Below, piece after piece: positions 38,238-51,040 of a DNA stretch of 64,000 nucleotides. The DNA comes from Octopus sinensis (taxonomy: Eukaryota). The translations under genes were made by a program, and so were the position numbers. The stretch spans positions 19,653,360 to 19,717,359 of the forward strand of contig NC_043019.1 of the NCBI RefSeq assembly GCF_006345805.1, in the 5' to 3' direction. How positions within the stretch are numbered: the stretch's first letter is position 1; every line of letters begins with the position of its first letter. Below the pieces are notes generated by a model. The model saw only the letters and a program-made list of their open reading frames with translations. It was not told the DNA's origin and ran no database searches.

Positions 38238-38395
38238 GTACATTAACTGAAATGATGGGAAGTTACAGCCCAGCTTATCAGATCTTCGGTTGGTTAACTA
38301 GCGCTCTTGGCGGTGGAATGGTTATTCTTCGAATTTTGCAGTTGGTTAACAAGTTTCGAAAAGGAAGAGAGTTTACACCGGTAAACAAAGTCTAG
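38238..38395 (+). CDS. SLC16-like gene, terminal coding exon D (TM12 and stop)
   Basis: Acceptor ctcctctttccag at 38237, phase 1 matching exon C. Peptide GTLTEMMGSYSPAYQIFGWLTSALGGGMVILRIL..PVNKV ends at TAG 38393-38395 and matches the MCT GxLxDxxGSY..F motif. Confidence 0.85.
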
Positions 38396-39069
38396 ATTTA
38401 AGGTGAAGCAAAACCAAAGAAATGACGTCGCTATAAATATCCTCTCCATGTTCTTATTCATTTGCTAACTCACAGACATTGTCTAACATCGCATCACTAC
38501 AACGAACAATGTAAAGAGCTATTTTCCTTTCTGATATAAGTCTAAAAACACTTCATACGCACACACGCGCGCACGGACACACGCATACACACACAATACA
38601 CAACATAGTACACATACACTCACATGTTCACACATGCAAATTCACACTCACACACACATTCACTCATACACACACACACTGAGACACAAGCCCTCAGAGA
38701 AAGGGCCCCTTTGTGTTGACAAACCCTCCAATTGTCTCACTAATTTTAATTAAAGAAATTTCTCTTTGTCATAACAGTTGCTCCATGACATTTCCTTTCT
38801 TTCTTTCTTTCTTTCTTAAATATCTTTTGATCTTCCTTTACAAGGTGCAAATCTCATTTGTTCGCATCCATATAACGCACTGACAAATTTCTGAAATACA
38901 TTTCATTTAATGAAATTTCTCCACTTGGTGGCTTCTCTCCCTCTCTTTCTCTCTCTCTCTCTCTCACACTCACTCTCTGTCTCTCTCACCCCTCTCTCTC
39001 ACCCCTCTCTCTCCCTCTTTCTCTTGATATACACACGTGTGTGTGTGTGTGTGTGTGTTTGCGTGTGTA

Positions 39070-39131
<62 letters not shown>

Positions 39132-39132
39132 C

Positions 39133-39171
<39 letters not shown>

Positions 39172-40292
39172 ATGAAGTACCGCGCCAATTTTGCAAATAT
39201 ATGAAGTTGGAAATCGTGCAGCAGAATTTTGGGGTAATGTGGAGCGGTACCTTAGGTGTTGTCATGCTGATTATAGTGTTGATAATGTAAGGACAAGTGT
39301 TCTATGTTTGGCGAGCACATTGAAAAATGCCTAGATGTGTATGGTTGATCGCTATGGAACTTCCAAGGTTCTGCTCGCTACGCAGTACTTACATTTCGTT
39401 GTACAATTCCTTTCTCCCTTTTCTTGAATTCCCCTTTATTATCTCTGAAGATTCTATCAGCATTCTGGATAGATCTGTTTTCACCAACCTCCTCATCTTC
39501 TCGACTCCTACTTTTAATCTTGACTTTTCTTCCATCTTCCCGAGTCCGATCCTTTTGCCCATCAGTTCTTCCCTAACCAATCTTTTCTTTTATTTACGTG
39601 TAACTGTTGCCTACGCGACTCCTCCGCTCGCATTCTACTCGAATCCATTCCTTGTTCCATATCCTGTTGCTATACTTGTCCATTCCTGACGTTAATACAC
39701 CTTTTGTATTTTTAATTCATTCTGTTGCTGTACCAATGTTGTCTGTCTCCTGATTTCTGTCAAAATCCAACCGCATAAGAATAGCCGGAGAAAAGGTGAT
39801 CACGCCGACCTTACTACAGCATGGCCACATCCGTTGGGCTGGAATGCATAAAAAGTTGAAAAGAATATATATATATAGGTATGTGTGTGTGACTCTATGT
39901 GTATGTGTATGTAACTCTACCCCAACCCTCAGCCGAACCCACACCCCACCCGTGCTTTCCCCACTCTCGCTCCCCCACCTCCCAACAACATCACACCACA
40001 CTACACTACACCATACAACATTACACATCACAACACACCACCCACACACCCATCCCCACATTTTCACACCTACACATACATACGCGCACACGTCCAGACC
40101 ACCAGCCCTCTTTCACACGCACATACATACTCTCTTATACACACACACACCTTCGTGTTGGGGGTCATCTTTACTTTGTTATCTCCCCTACTGCTTCGCA
40201 CTCCTGTGTGACCTTTCTGTCCGAAGTCAGTCGCCATGATAGATTGTTAGCCACTACACACTTTTTTTTCTCTCCTTGTTTTTTCTGTGTCC

Positions 40293-40328
40293 CTTTCTGT
40301 GGAAGAGTGTAGGCTCGAAACGTAACAG
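40293..40328 (+). ncRNA. Degenerate minimal hammerhead-like motif
   Basis: CTTT-CTGTGGA-A-GAGT gtag GCTC-GAA-ACGT-A-ACAG, with A6 changed to U and one stem I mismatch. Confidence 0.4.
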
Positions 40329-40418
40329 ATTTTTTCTATTCCTGAGCGTTATACTAATACATCTGTTTGATTTGTACACCACCTGTCTTCGTCTTTTGTT
40401 TTTTTTTTCGTAAACTCT

Positions 40419-40471
<53 letters not shown>

Positions 40472-40540
40472 CATCATACATACATACATACATACGTACA
40501 TACATACATACATACATACGTACATACATACATACATATA

Positions 40541-40578
<38 letters not shown>

Positions 40579-41240
40579 ACGTGAATAATGCACATCATCA
40601 AAGAGTGAGAGAGGAAGAAAGATAGCAAGAGAAAACTATATATGTCTGAATGTCTGAATAGATGAAAAAATGGGATCATAGCAAGATGACAGATGTAACA
40701 CTAAATGCCTGTTGTTTTGTTTTTGTTGCTTTTTGTTTATCCTCCTTGCTATGAACAAGGCTTCTAGGGCTGAAATATTAACATGTATTACTTAGCTGTA
40801 ACACTTTATATAAATATTGAAATGAACTACTGCTTTGGACTTGTTGTTATTCTTTTGAATATTTAACGATATTTCAGATGCATCTATTATTTTCTTAAAA
40901 TGTTTAGTTTACACACACCGAGGCACACATACGTACGTATAGTATATGACATGTATGACGTATATGATATATCACAAAATAAACGGTATCATAATATGAA
41001 ATATACAAGATATATCACATACAGACTATACATTATATACAATTATCTATGTATGTTGTGTGTAGCCTACGTGTGAATTAACATTCTTGTTACATGATTG
41101 ATGAACAAAACAAAAGCCTTAATTTATGATCGGACAAAAGTTCAACACACCAATTATATGTGTGCGCGTGTGTGTAAGAGTGACTGGACAATCGGGTGAA
41201 GGGCACTCAACACATTTATAGGGAGTTACTTGTATGGATC

Positions 41241-41387
41241 AAAACAGTTTGATTCCAATTCGTTGGTCTTCCGAGTTTCAAGCGTGATGCTAATCTTCTA
41301 CCATTTTGAATTTGGCATTCAAAATGGCTGAAGATTAGCATCACGTTTGAAACTCAGAATACCAGTGAATTTGAATCAAACTGTTTT
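41241..41387. repeat. Near-perfect hairpin (71-bp arms, 5-nt loop)
   Basis: 41241-41311 pairs with 41317-41387 with scattered mismatches. Confidence 0.9.
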
Positions 41388-41599
41388 AATATATACATAC
41401 ATAATACATACAATCAAACGAAAGACAAAAAAGAGTGAAAAAACTACAGAAGTTTTGTGTTATATGGTTAAAGAATATATTTAAGTCGTTATGTTAGAAA
41501 AATGTTAGAAAATTTTGCTTATAATAACATTGTTTTTTGGAGAAATAACTGGTTTCGTATTTTCTTTTCAAATGTCGTGTCATGTCTTCGCTATGTTGT

Positions 41600-42700
41600 G
41601 AACTATGGAGTTCCAGGCAGGGGAAGGTAATCAAGGATTTTTTCCGGTATAAGGGAGATAATAAAAAATGTTGGGAATGACTGGGTTTTATTAATCTAAC
41701 ATGATTTGGTTTAGAAGGAATAGAATGTTACAAGTGGTTAGGTTTTGCTTTATATTTTTTTTCAATGAGGTGAGTTTCCTTATTTAAAAATGTTAGAAAT
41801 GGTTAAGTTTTGGTTTATATTTTTCAATGAAGAAGGTTTCCTTATTTAATCTAACTTGTGTTGGTGTTCCAATGGCACATTGATAGAATGGAAAGATTAC
41901 AAATTGTGATAGCATTTGCTTTACGCATTTCTCAATATGTTCACTAAAGGGTATCGTCCTGTATTCTGGGAATGCAATCTGCTGTCGATGCAGAGTGCAT
42001 CTGCATCTGAGTGATAATCCCGTGCACCTATGTAGGTTTGGTGGCATCCCGAGCATCTTATGATATAAATCAGGTTTTCTGAAGTACAAGTAAAGTCAGA
42101 TTTGATTTTGAATTTTTGTCCCTCTTTGAAAAGGAATTCTGATCCTTCTAGAAGTTTTGGGTATGTTGCGCAATTTGGTCGACCACATTTTTTCACTTTT
42201 GCATCCGTAATTTCAGAAAACAATTTTGCCTTTGTGATAATCTTTTTAAGTGATTTAGGTTGTTTGTAGCTTTTAATGATTTTATGTATGTTTAGAATTT
42301 CCTTTAATTTGGGGTCCTTATGAAGTATTGGTAAATTCTGGGTGATGATGGTGAAGGCTTCATTGTTTCTGGGGTTGTATGTGGATATGTAAGGCAGTAT
42401 TTTTGGAGTAGGTGTGTTGCTGTGTTGAACTTTTCTTAAGGTTTCTAAGTCGATTTGTGTTGCACGTCTGATTCCATCCTCTATAAGTTGAATTGGGTAG
42501 TGTCTGTCAATTAGGATGTTTTTGAGTTCTTGCAGTCTAAAGTATCTGGTATTTTGTTCTGACACTATTGTGCATATCCTTCTTGCAAGGTTGAACAGGA
42601 TGGTGTGTTTTGGATGGTAGGAATTAAATAGTAAATATTGTTTGGCGTCTGTGGTTTCGTAAAATAATGTCTGTTTCTATTTTTAGGTTTATTTTTTTAA
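41600..42700 (-). mobile_element. Penelope-like element 3' fragment (thumb and GIY-YIG endonuclease)
   Basis: Translates to ETDIILR..DAKQYLLFNSYHPK, LPYISTYNPRN, CGRPNC..C and FTCTSENLIYIIRCSGCHQTYIG. Confidence 0.85.
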
Positions 42701-42719
42701 TTAGTATATCCAAAAATTG

Positions 42720-42773
<54 letters not shown>

Positions 42774-42974
42774 TCCCACCATCGCATAACAACCGATGTT
42801 GGTGTGTTTACGTCCTCAAGGCATAGCGGTTCAGCAAAAGAGACCGATAGAATAAGTACTAGTCTTACAAAGATTTTTTGGTTGTACTCTATTGTGAACT
42901 GTATGTTTATATTGATGCTGTTCACTTGTGTACACTTGTGGGTTCGAGGTCGTTGTGAATTCTTGGTAGGGTAG

Positions 42975-43029
42975 AAGAAGAAGAAGAAGAAGAAGAAGAA
43001 GAAGAAGAAGAAGAAGAAGAAGAAGAAGA
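42975..43029. repeat. (GAA)n microsatellite
   Basis: Direct inspection. Confidence 0.95.
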
Positions 43030-43154
43030 GGTGTAAAAAAGAGAGACAGAGAAAGGCAGAAACAAGGAAAATGCCACTTATATTTGAACACTATACAAAT
43101 ATTCCTTTAAAAACTTTTCTTTTAATTTTTCTAAATTTAATTATTTGATCGTTA

Positions 43155-43192
43155 CAGTTGAAAAGGTCTCAAAATGACCGAAACCGGTACTG
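43155..43192 (+). ncRNA. Minimal type-I hammerhead-like motif (U3/A8 core variant)
   Basis: CAG-TTGAAAA-GGTC tcaaaat GACC-GAA-ACCGGT-A-CTG, with a perfect stem II, a palindromic stem III and a GUA triplet. Confidence 0.65.
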
Positions 43193-44030
43193 AAATGTTC
43201 TTTATAAAATTATTTTAGCATTTTCTATCTTGACTTGTTTTTTCATATATATCAACTCGTGTGTTCCTTTTCACCCTTATACATGTATTTATATATATAA
43301 GAATTTTTTGCGTAATGACATAAAAAACCAAGGCTGTATAGATATTAAAGCATTTATATATAGAAGGTCTTACAGCTGTTTCTAGGAGACGGTGTGAGAG
43401 GAAAAATTAAGTCATAGTTAGTTTCAATGTGATACAAAATAGAGAGTGAGGTGGAGGAAAGAAAATAGATGTAAGATATGTATGGGTATTGAATTCGTAA
43501 ATCCGCTTTATAGGAATAATGATATATATGTATAATATTCAAATGTCCTTTGATTAAAATCCAAAAGTCCAACAGATATAGAGTTTATAAGCAATGTAAG
43601 ATTCTCTTAAAGTTGGTCATTCCCAGTAGGGAATTTATATAGAGTGTAGCATATTCAAGGTTTGTATTTGAACTGACCTAGAAATAGGAAGTGTGGTTAA
43701 ATTGAAAACAGGAAGTGAGGAATGAAAAAAGAAAGGGAGAGAGAAAAAAAGGAGAGAAAGAAAGAATGAAAGAGAAAGAAGATTAGTAAAAATAACAAAA
43801 AATAAAATAGAGAATAAAAGCCCTGAAGATATGAATAAAGAGAATAAGGAAAAGAAAAGAAAAATTAAGAGATAGGTAGGTCAGTGGTCAGTGGAGATAA
43901 TTTTGAAAGCAGGAGTGGGGATAGAGAGAGAAAGGTATTATAGAGTAAAAGATAGAGGAATGGCGGGGATTAAGAGGTAGAGGAAATATCAATGTGTTGT
44001 AGTAGCTTATATATATATATATATATATAT

Positions 44031-44105
<75 letters not shown>

Positions 44106-44266
44106 TAGATATATATATATATAAGAGGTATTGGTATCTAGAAGACCGAAAGAGTGACAGGTAACGTTAAGTAAGTGCTATGGACAGACCGTAATTAAAC
44201 TCTTGGTTCGATAGTGATACGACCGAGGGGTCTAATGCAGGTCTTGTATTAGCCTGCATATATATA

Positions 44267-44520
44267 TATTAGACAAAATGAAATAACAAAACCAAGGCTG
44301 TGAGGAGTTTTCAGGACATTTATAAGGAAAAAGGTATAGATATAATCTTAAAGATGCTTCTGGGATATTACGGATATCCCTATTTAACCATTTCACATCG
44401 TCTTTGATAAAAGAATATCCATAATATCCCAGAAACAGCTGTAAGTCTATATTTTTTTCCTTATCAATGTCCTGAAAACTCCTCGCAGCCTTGACTTTGT
44501 TATCTCCTTTTGTCTAATAA
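44267..44520. repeat. Inverted repeat (about 110-bp arms) of PLE-type pseudo-LTR sequence, containing a hammerhead-like motif at 44400-44447 (+)
   Basis: About 44267-44380 pairs with about 44411-44520. The motif reads GTCT-TTGATAA-A-AGAATAT ccata ATATCCC-A-GAA-ACAGCTGT-A-AGTC. Confidence 0.65.
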
Positions 44521-45058
44521 TGATGATATTTATATAAGTATAGATTATAAAGCCGCAAACAGCTTGGTAAGGTGAACGCATTCACACAGTGCCTCAATAA
44601 CTAGAGTAATAATTCTTATCTCACTGTTGGTAAGATTTGTTAGGAGCATCTAGATTTTCTTAACTAAACTACCTGCTTGACATGGGTGATCCTGATTACA
44701 GCTGATCTACAATAATATACTATAACAATACCGACAATAGTTGTGTCGGCAGCCTCACCATTCTCACTTAATTTCTTGATCTCTACTTTTTCCTGCCGAG
44801 AATAATCTCTGCGTCATTTGTAAGGACCAGACACTGTCATATTTTTTGTTCATGGTGCCATGTTGTTGGATACAAATATAAAAATACACTGCGTCGCTGC
44901 ACGGCCATGTAAACACAAATGATAGTCCAGACATGGGCAACCGTTTTCGAGAAGCAGGCTGCATGCGACATGATTCATCATCAAGCGGCTGCATTACTAC
45001 GAAAAAAAATTCTAAGAAATTTTTCGTTAGCCGAAATATATATATATATATATATATA

Positions 45059-45380
45059 AGCACAGGCGTAGCTCTGTGGTAAGTGATTTGCTGGCCAACC
45101 AATAGTTCCGGATATAGTGCCACCGCGTGGCACCATAGGCAAGTGTCTTTTACTCTACCTGTTCTGATAAATACTTGTGAGTGATTTGATATGTGGAAAC
45201 TGAAAGAAGCCCGTCGAATATATATATATATTGTCAAGTGATCACTTGACAACTGGTGTTAGTGCGTTTATGCCATTGTAACTTAACGGTTCGCCAAAAG
45301 CGACCAATAGAATAAGTACCAGGTTTTTTATTAAAAGAAGTAAGTAGTGGGGTCAATTCGCTCGACTGCAGAGACAAGCG
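45059..45380 (+). mobile_element. Diverged SINE family A
   Basis: GGCGTAGCTCTGTGGTAAG..GGCAAGTGTCTT..GAAACTGAAAGAAGCCCGTCG. Confidence 0.65.
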
Positions 45381-45579
45381 AAAGATAAAATACATCCTTT
45401 TAGTCATTCATTCTTTTATTGGTTTTAGCCATTGGGTTGTGGCCAGACTGAAGCACAACTTCAGTGGCATAGTCAATCATTTCGACCCCTGGACTTGTGT
45501 TGAAGTCTGGAACTTATTTTACCAATCTCTTTGAACAAAAAGTTTTAAACAATGCAAATGTAAATACATCAATATGAAA

Positions 45580-46525
45580 CGTATTCACACACACGTGGTC
45601 TGATCAATCAGTATCTGGACTGTTGTCATAGTAACAAAGCAGAGTGAACCCTCTCGGCGCAGACTGATCTGTTTTTCTCAGTTGCTCTGGTGACGGGTCT
45701 CCCAGAACGTTTGTCAATATCGACATTTTTCGGCCATCCTGGAAATGTCTGAACCACTCATACACTCATACACTCCTCTCCATACATTTTCTTCAACCTT
45801 GTATAGGCCTCAATGCGACGATCACACGCTACACACCTTCTTTCCAAGCACTGTTGTAAACAGTGGAAGTGAGCTAGAATGTTAAAACTTATTGTGCACA
45901 AAGTTTTCACTTTCTAGCTAACTTCTACTGTTTACAGCAGTGCTTGGAAGGAAGGTGTTCAGCGTGTGATTGCCGTATTGAGAAAGAAAGTTGCATCAAA
46001 TTTTGCCAAAATCTTGGCGATACCTGCTCAGAGGACAACGCAAAGTTTTCCAAAAGTTTTCATCGTTCTCGACACAATGAAGAAGTTCTTGTGCAACTGA
46101 AACCCGAGTGTCTTTTTGGTCAGCTGGAAGCAGTTTTGGCACAAACTTGGCAGACATGCATCTCATATCCAAATCTTCAGCGATAATGGACTGAAGTGAA
46201 CCCTAACTAATCTGCACATCCTTTGATAACTCACGGATGGTGATTCGACAACTTCCCCTCACAGCTGCACGCACATCTGCAATGTTTTTCTCAGTTGCTC
46301 TGGTGACGGGTCTCCCAGAACGTTTGTCAATATCGACATTTTTCGGCCATCCTGGAAATGTCTGAACCACTCATACACTTGTGTGTGGCTCATAAACTCC
46401 TCTCCATACATTTTCTTCAACCTTGTATAGGCCTCAATGCGACGATCACACGCTACACACCTTCTTTCCAAGCACTGTTGTAAACAGTGGAAGTGAGCTA
46501 GAATGTTAAAACTTATTGTGCATAC
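45580..46525 (-). mobile_element. Rearranged mariner remnant (duplicated and partly inverted HTH region)
   Basis: Translates to KKMYGEEFMSHTQVYEWFRHFQDGR (mariner HTH). About 45672-45897 is duplicated at about 46284-46522, and the same 5' region appears inverted at about 45927-46030. Confidence 0.75.
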
Positions 46526-46604
46526 ACAGCAGAGTTCAGGGTCAATCTGTGCCAAGCGGCTTTACTCTATAGCAACAGACCGGATACTTATTAATCAGAC
46601 CTTG

Positions 46605-46636
<32 letters not shown>

Positions 46637-46734
46637 TGTATGTATGTATGTATGTATGTATGTATGTATGGATGGATGGATGTATGTATGTATGTATGTA
46701 TGTATGTATGTATGTGTGTATGTATGTATGTATG

Positions 46735-47204
<470 letters not shown>

Positions 47205-47464
47205 AATTACATCAGGGTTACCGTCCTTGTCAATCATTCTGAGTTCCTGTGCAAAGTGTGTCAAACGTGTTAATTTGATGAGAACATAGGAGCGGACATT
47301 TTCCACTCTATCTGAACTGTAGTTCTTATGTAACCAATTGCTCTTTAGAGCTGCTGTTATAATATTACTTGGATTGTCTCCTTCGGCTATTTTCCACCCT
47401 CTCAATAAGAGTTTCAATTCTTCATTGACCCAATTTCGTGACATTTTTAGCCTGCTGTTTCCTC
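47205..47464 (-). other. Unassigned exon-like open segment (86 codons)
   Basis: Stop-free, non-repetitive peptide (GNSRLKMSRNWVNEELKLLLRGW..IDKDGNPDVI) bounded by a TACAG acceptor and a GTAAGT donor. No family recognised. Confidence 0.3.
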
Positions 47465-48259
47465 CTGTATATATTTAGAGAAATATTGAGATAAGGAGAT
47501 ACAGGGAAAGAGGGAGAAAGAGAGATGTAAGGTGTATTGATCTATGCGTGCAGATGTGGGTAGGGTGTCAGTTGGGATGGGGAAGAGAGATTTATGTGAC
47601 TCTCAGTATATATCTACAATCTTTCTATAAACATATTTTCTATATAAGCACATGTTCAACGGGTAGGCATACAGGGAAAGAGGGAGAGTGTGTGTGTGTA
47701 TGTACATGTGTTGGTGTGGGTGTGGGTGTACACACACGTGCTAGAGAGAGAGCATGCGGAGGGTGCTACAGAGAGAGAGAGAGTGAGAGAGAGAGAGTGA
47801 GGGGTGGGAATTGAGAAATGAATCAATCAAATGCAGATTAAATCAAAGGGTATAAGAGACTTATATGTTTTGGGATTGTAAATATAAAGAGAAAGCACAA
47901 ATCCTAAAAAGATTTGTATATAAAGACACATGTAGTTAATTAATTAACTAACTAATTAATTACGTATTCAATTACTGGTTTCCTGGAAATCTAGATATAT
48001 ATAAGTCAGACTCTTTTCTGTTTATATATAAGAAAATAATGCTGCCTGGGGAATTGGTTGGTGGAAACAAAGTCGTTTTTACCTCAATTGTTGGCTTTCG
48101 ACAGATTGTAATAACCAAGACAAAAAAAATTGTGTACTTATGTTTTTCCTCGACTTATCCTTTAAGAGAATTGAAATTTTTATCGTGTAAGTAGGGATAT
48201 TTTGAGCTTTGGTCTGATTATTCACGTGAGTTTTTCCACACTGGCAATGACCACCTCAA

Positions 48260-48580
48260 ATGGTGCTTTTTATGTGCCACTGGCACAGGACCAGTCAGGC
48301 GGCCCTGGCATCGACCATGCTCGAATGGTTCTTTTTATATGCCACTGGCACGGGTGTCACTCAGGCGGCCCTGCCATCGACCATGCTCGAATGGTTCTTT
48401 TTATATGCCACTGGCACGGGTGTCACTCAGGCGGCCCTGCCATCGACCATGCTCGAATGGTTCTTTTTATATGCCACTGGCACGGGTGTCACTCAGGCGG
48501 CCCTGCCATCGACCATGCTCGAATGGTTCTTTTTATATGCCACTGGCACGGGTGTCACTCAGGCGGTACTGGCATTGGCC
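48260..48580. repeat. 66-bp minisatellite, about 5 copies
   Basis: Units start at 48260, 48325, 48391, 48457 and 48523; the inner copies look identical. Confidence 0.95.
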
Positions 48581-48744
48581 ACAACAACGATTTCACTTAG
48601 GTCTTCTCAAGCACAGTATATTGTCCAATGATTGAAGGGTACTCTTAAATGCTACACTGGCATAGGCCACAGTTATGGTCTTACTTGGCTTGCTGGTTCT
48701 TCTCAAGCACAGCATATCTCCAAAGGTCTCAGTCACTCATGCCA

Positions 48745-49220
48745 GGGGAAAAAAACTGGAAGTAGGCGATAGCTTCCGTTACCTAGGTGACCAAATCGGT
48801 AGTGGGGGTGGATACTCTGAGAGCGTAGCTACTAGAATAAGATAGGCTGGGCAAAGTTCAGAGAGCTCTTACCTCTGTTGGTGATAAAGGGCCTCTCACT
48901 CAGAGTGAAAGGTAGACTGTATGACACACGTGTGCAAACAGCCATGCTTACATGGCAGTGAAACATGGGCTATGACTGCTGAGGACATGTGTAAGCTTGC
49001 AAGAAATGAAACCAGTATCCTCCGCTGGATGTGTAATGTCAATGTGCATACATGACAGAGTGTAAGCACCCTAAGAGAAAAGTTGGACATAAGAAGCATC
49101 AGATGTGGTGTGCAAGAGAGACGACTGCGCTGGTATGGTCATGTGATGTGTATGGATGAGGACAGCTGTGTGAAGAAGTGTCACACCCTAGCAGTGGAAG
49201 AGGGAGACCCAGGAAGACCT
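48745..49220 (+). mobile_element. RTE-clade LINE RT C-terminal fragment
   Basis: Translates to SFRYLGDQI, WAKFRELLPLL..KGRLY..MLHGSETW and RRLRWYGHV. Confidence 0.8.
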
Positions 49221-49229
49221 GAGATATTT

Positions 49230-50489
49230 TGTAGAATGAAGGTCAGTAAGTATCCTGAGAAAAATCAAAATGGTGGGTTTTGGAAGGGTGAATAAAAGCT
49301 TCTATAGAAGCGTAGGCAAACAGATAATTTGAGATGGATCTAAATGGAGGATTTGAAATAGGTAGAGAAAAGCTGTTGGAAAATGAGGGTAAACAATTAT
49401 TCTGAAATGGGTTGTAGTAAATTTTGAAACTGGTGATAATTATCTTTTGTAGTATGAAGTGTTCGGGAATGGGTTTGCCAGATGGATTTTGGAACGAGTG
49501 AATAAGGTCAATCATGGGATATCAGCAAACATGTATTTATGATTGGATCAATAATGTTGATTTGGGGCTGGCTGAACAAAATCTATAATAAAATGTCATC
49601 AAACAAGTATTTAGGAATTGGCTGTTAAAGTAGGTTTTGGAATAAGTGAACATGATTTATAGAATGTAGGTAAAGAAAAAGGCTTCAGGTTTTGAAATGA
49701 ATGATCAGGACCAACAGCATATTGCAAACAAACAAGAATCAATAAAGCTGGTTATGGGTTGGATAAATAAAGTTTATTATGAAACAAGTTTTCTGGAAGA
49801 GTCAATAAATGGGGCTTGAGAATAGGTGAACAAAATGGGGAAACAAATATTGAGAAAGGGATCAACAAGACATCTTTTACAAACAATGATTTATTACTTA
49901 GAGTAGATAAATAGAATTTTCAATGGGTTTTTAAGAAGATTAACAACAAAGTTTATAGCAAGTGGAAAGTACATCACTGCTCCAGCATGGTCAGTAATAA
50001 CAGTATAAAGATCCATGAAAGCATGTTCAGTAATGGGTCAGCAATGTAATTTAAAATTTTTGTTTGGAATGATAACGAGCAGATGTACTTCCATTTGTGT
50101 CAACCGGGATAAAGAGAACAATTAAAAATTGCATTAATGAATGAAAGCTAAGCTCCAAGTATTGTTGAAACATTTTCGATATTCCACTTGAGCCATTATA
50201 GTAGGATAATGCTTTCAAAACCAGGCTTTAATATAAAAATTCTTCTGACAGCTGACCATTCATCTGTTTGCATGTTATGGAGGAGTCCACAAACTATATT
50301 TTAAGATTAAGTGATATATCGATCAAATGGTTTAGAACCACTACTACTTAGAGATTCTTTTAGTGGAATCAACTCTGTTTCAAGTATATAGGACAGGAAT
50401 TTGGTCTGATGATAATCTTTTTTTCTTTATTGCCAGCAGTCTTTGATATTCTGAAACAAAGGCATGATGGAGATAACCCTTTCTCACAA

Positions 50490-50490
<1 letters not shown>
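49230..50490 (-). mobile_element. Highly decayed LINE-like C-terminal region (possibly L1/Tx1)
   Basis: Non-repetitive sequence with fragments such as VCKRCLVD and TEHAFMD, but no intact motif. Confidence 0.25.

Positions 50491-51040
<550 letters not shown>

Noticed and set aside
39327-39800. ORFs at 39327-39689 (+) and 39389-39580 (-)
   Set aside because: They come from purine/pyrimidine-biased sequence with many stops in the adjacent frames and no recognisable domain; probably decayed TE.
44770-45040. CVICKD..PCC segment as a possible RING finger exon
   Set aside because: The ligand spacing is incomplete, an in-frame stop follows and no splice support was found.
48260-48635. 22-aa repeat ORFs (ARMVLFICHWHGCHSGGPAIDH)n as a repeat protein or a retrozyme array
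   Set aside because: All three frames are open because of the 66-bp period, there are no splice or start context signals, and the unit has no CUGANGA/GAAA core.
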